A DNA stretch of 47,885 nt, from positions 1-47,885 of the forward strand of contig LCBW01000003.1 of the NCBI GenBank assembly GCA_000997465.1. The letters are read 5' to 3'. Below, in pieces: positions 46,243 through 47,885 of this stretch (positions are counted from its first letter, which is position 1; each line of letters begins with the position of its first letter). The position numbers were made by a program, and so were the translations under genes. The notes under the pieces are model-generated. The model ran no database searches. It was not told where the DNA came from and was given only the letters and a program-made list of their open reading frames with translations. Source of the DNA: Parcubacteria group bacterium GW2011_GWC1_41_7. GTDB lineage: Bacteria > Patescibacteriota > Minisyncoccia > UBA6257 > HR35.

Positions 46243-47634
46243 ATGCATGAATTAAAAAAAAGATTAAGATCCCATATCCCCCGGTTTCTTATTGTGGCGT
46301 ACCATTATCTATGGGGAATAAGCGGAGCGCTTTTCTATCGGTTTCCATCGCGCAGTATTGTGATTATTGGTGTAACGGGAACAAAGGGAAAAACGTCTGT
46401 TTCGTATTTACTGCGGGATATGTTGCAGGATGCAGGAGTTAAAACCGCGCTTTCCTCATCAACTCATTTTTTTATTGGAGAGGAAAAGCAAGAAAATAAA
46501 AGCAGGGCAACAATGCCCGGAAGATGGTTTCTGCAAAAATTTCTGCGGAACGCTGTTTCGAAAAATTGCGAAATTGCAATCATTGAAACAACATCGGAGG
46601 GGCTTATGCAATACCGGCATGCAGGTATTGATATTGATATTGCGCTTTTTTTAAACCTTCATCCAGAGCATATTGAACATCACGGAGGATTTGAAAAGTA
46701 TAAACAGGCGAAGGGTAAGATGTTCGAGCGGCTTTTGAAGGGGGGCACAAAGTATTTTAAGGGTGTTCCGGTAAAGAAAACAATCGTTGCAAATTTAGAC
46801 GATGATTATGCAGATTATTTTTTGGGATTTGCCGCAGAGCGAAAAATTACCTTTGGGCTTCGGGGAGGTTCTTCTGATACCCACCTTGTTCCAGATAGAT
46901 ACGCGTTTAAGACAACAGGATTAAGTTTTTTTCTTGAAAAAACAGTTTTTTCTTCTTCGCTTTTAGGAACGCAGGGATTGTACAATATTTTAGCGTGCCT
47001 TGCGGTGCTTCGGGCGCTTGAATTGCCTCTTACCTGCGCAAAAGATACTCTGTTTCATGTTCGGGGTCTTTCGGGGCGATTTGATATTATTCCAGCAAAA
47101 GGATTTAAGGTAATTGTTGATTATGCGCATACGCCTCAATCTATTGAGGATCTCTATAAAAATGTCCTTTCTATTTTTAAACCCCCAAAAATGCTTTGTG
47201 TCATAGGGTCTGCGGGAGGGTTGCGCGATAAATGGAAGAGGCCTGTTATTGGAAAAATTGCGGCTCAATACTGCAGTGATATCGTTATTACCAATGAAGA
47301 TCCATTTGATGAAGATCCCCTTGTTATCATGCGCTCGATTGAACAGGGGGTAAAAAATTATTTAGAGGAGTTTGATTTTAAAAAAGAATATGAAGTTATC
47401 GAGGATCGCTATAGTGCAATTGTAAAAGTTATCAAGCAGGCTCAGCGTTCTGATGTCGTGGTGCTTGTGGGGAAGGGATCTGAAAATACCATTGAAACAC
47501 AAAGCGGATCTGTTGCGTGGAATGAAAGGGAGGCGGTTATGCGAGCGCTTCGTGAGTGTAAAAAAACACCGACAACCCAAAAATCAAAACAATCTTCCGC
47601 AAAGAAAGCTACAAAGCAAAAAAAATCTTCGTGA
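46243..47634 (+). CDS. Mur ligase family protein (MurE-like), with a Lys-rich C-terminal tail
   Basis: P-loop IIGVTGTKGKTS, then ETTSEG and DYAHTP. The tail reads KKTPTTQKSKQSSAKKATKQKKSS. Confidence 0.75.
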   Translation: MHELKKRLRSHIPRFLIVAYHYLWGISGALFYRFPSRSIVIIGVTGTKGKTSVSYLLRDMLQDAGVKTALSSSTHFFIGEEKQENKSRATMPGRWFLQKFLRNAVSKNCEIAIIETTSEGLMQYRHAGIDIDIALFLNLHPEHIEHHGGFEKYKQAKGKMFERLLKGGTKYFKGVPVKKTIVANLDDDYADYFLGFAAERKITFGLRGGSSDTHLVPDRYAFKTTGLSFFLEKTVFSSSLLGTQGLYNILACLAVLRALELPLTCAKDTLFHVRGLSGRFDIIPAKGFKVIVDYAHTPQSIEDLYKNVLSIFKPPKMLCVIGSAGGLRDKWKRPVIGKIAAQYCSDIVITNEDPFDEDPLVIMRSIEQGVKNYLEEFDFKKEYEVIEDRYSAIVKVIKQAQRSDVVVLVGKGSENTIETQSGSVAWNEREAVMRALRECKKTPTTQKSKQSSAKKATKQKKSS

Positions 47635-47639
47635 GGAAT

Positions 47640-47885
47640 TTATTCAAGAATTTCAACAGGAACCTTGCGGTGAATGCCAAAAAGCAGTGCATCAAATTTG
47701 CTTGGCATCCACACGTCAATACGTTCCGTATGCCGCCTATTCATGCGGTCTTCAACGATAAACACCTTGTCTCCAAAAAGAGAAGGAATGCGTATTTTTG
47801 TTCCAAAGGGCAGGAAGTTTGAGGCAACAATTCCGTCTCTTGTATCGCTTCCTGAGGCGGTAATCCAAGGGTCATCGTCCGTTTC
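47640..47885 (-). CDS. 3D-domain (MltA/YuiC-like) cell-wall hydrolase, C-terminal fragment (5' end outside the window)
   Basis: My own translation of the minus strand is ETDDDPWITASGSDTRDGIVASNFLPFGTKIRIPSLFGDKVFIVEDRMNRRHTERIDVWMPSKFDALLFGIHRKVPVEILE, then a stop. It is not in the ORF track because there is no Met start inside the window. Confidence 0.6.
   Translation of the reverse strand, partial: ETDDDPWITASGSDTRDGIVASNFLPFGTKIRIPSLFGDKVFIVEDRMNRRHTERIDVWMPSKFDALLFGIHRKVPVEILE

Noticed and set aside
1-47885. Alternative genetic code (UGA recoding as in some candidate phyla)
   Set aside because: Standard-code ORFs are long and contiguous. TGA is used as a genuine stop in several ATGA start/stop junctions, and conserved proteins end at the expected lengths.

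Overview
This is a gene-dense, roughly 40% GC chromosomal segment. By inference from gene content and protein style, it comes from a small-genome, probably Patescibacteria/CPR-type bacterium. It covers the replication-origin neighbourhood: yidC-rnpA-rpmH on the minus strand, then dnaA-dnaN with DnaA boxes in the dnaA-dnaN spacer. Housekeeping genes include the valS 3' end, leuS, galU, ftsH, gyrA, a class A PBP, a PilB/GspE-type ATPase, an S1-domain protein, an LCP protein, a Mur ligase, Hsp20, YraN and FtsB-like. There are two tRNAs, one reading as the unusual tRNA-Ile(UAU). The stand-out is a 14.6 kb co-directional, translationally coupled operon (8774-23344) placed between tRNA-Thr and the origin block. 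It encodes a minimal Gram-positive-style type IV secretion or pilus-like machine: VirB6/TrbL-like, PrgI/VirB3-like, a VirB4 ATPase split in two at an A6 run, and a VirB2-type pilin hairpin fused to a 3D-domain cell-wall hydrolase. It also encodes a 1129-aa secreted giant protein and about eight secreted or membrane proteins I cannot place. No coupling ATPase, relaxase or integrase is visible. A second locus (37252-41289) couples a methyltransferase and an orphan solute-binding protein to three consecutive VirB2-type pilin-domain proteins. Other oddities are listed here. (1) An 800-bp non-coding tract holds 8 exact copies of TGTTTCAC/GTGAAACA upstream of a free-standing LAGLIDADG endonuclease. 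(2) A GC-rich hairpin-forming repeat family is tandem at 2291-2546, with an inverted copy at 5583-5640. (3) An endonuclease-Q-like PHP gene is frameshifted. (4) A ClpA/B/C-type AAA+ protein is membrane-anchored. All functional calls come from motif recognition by eye; no database search was run.
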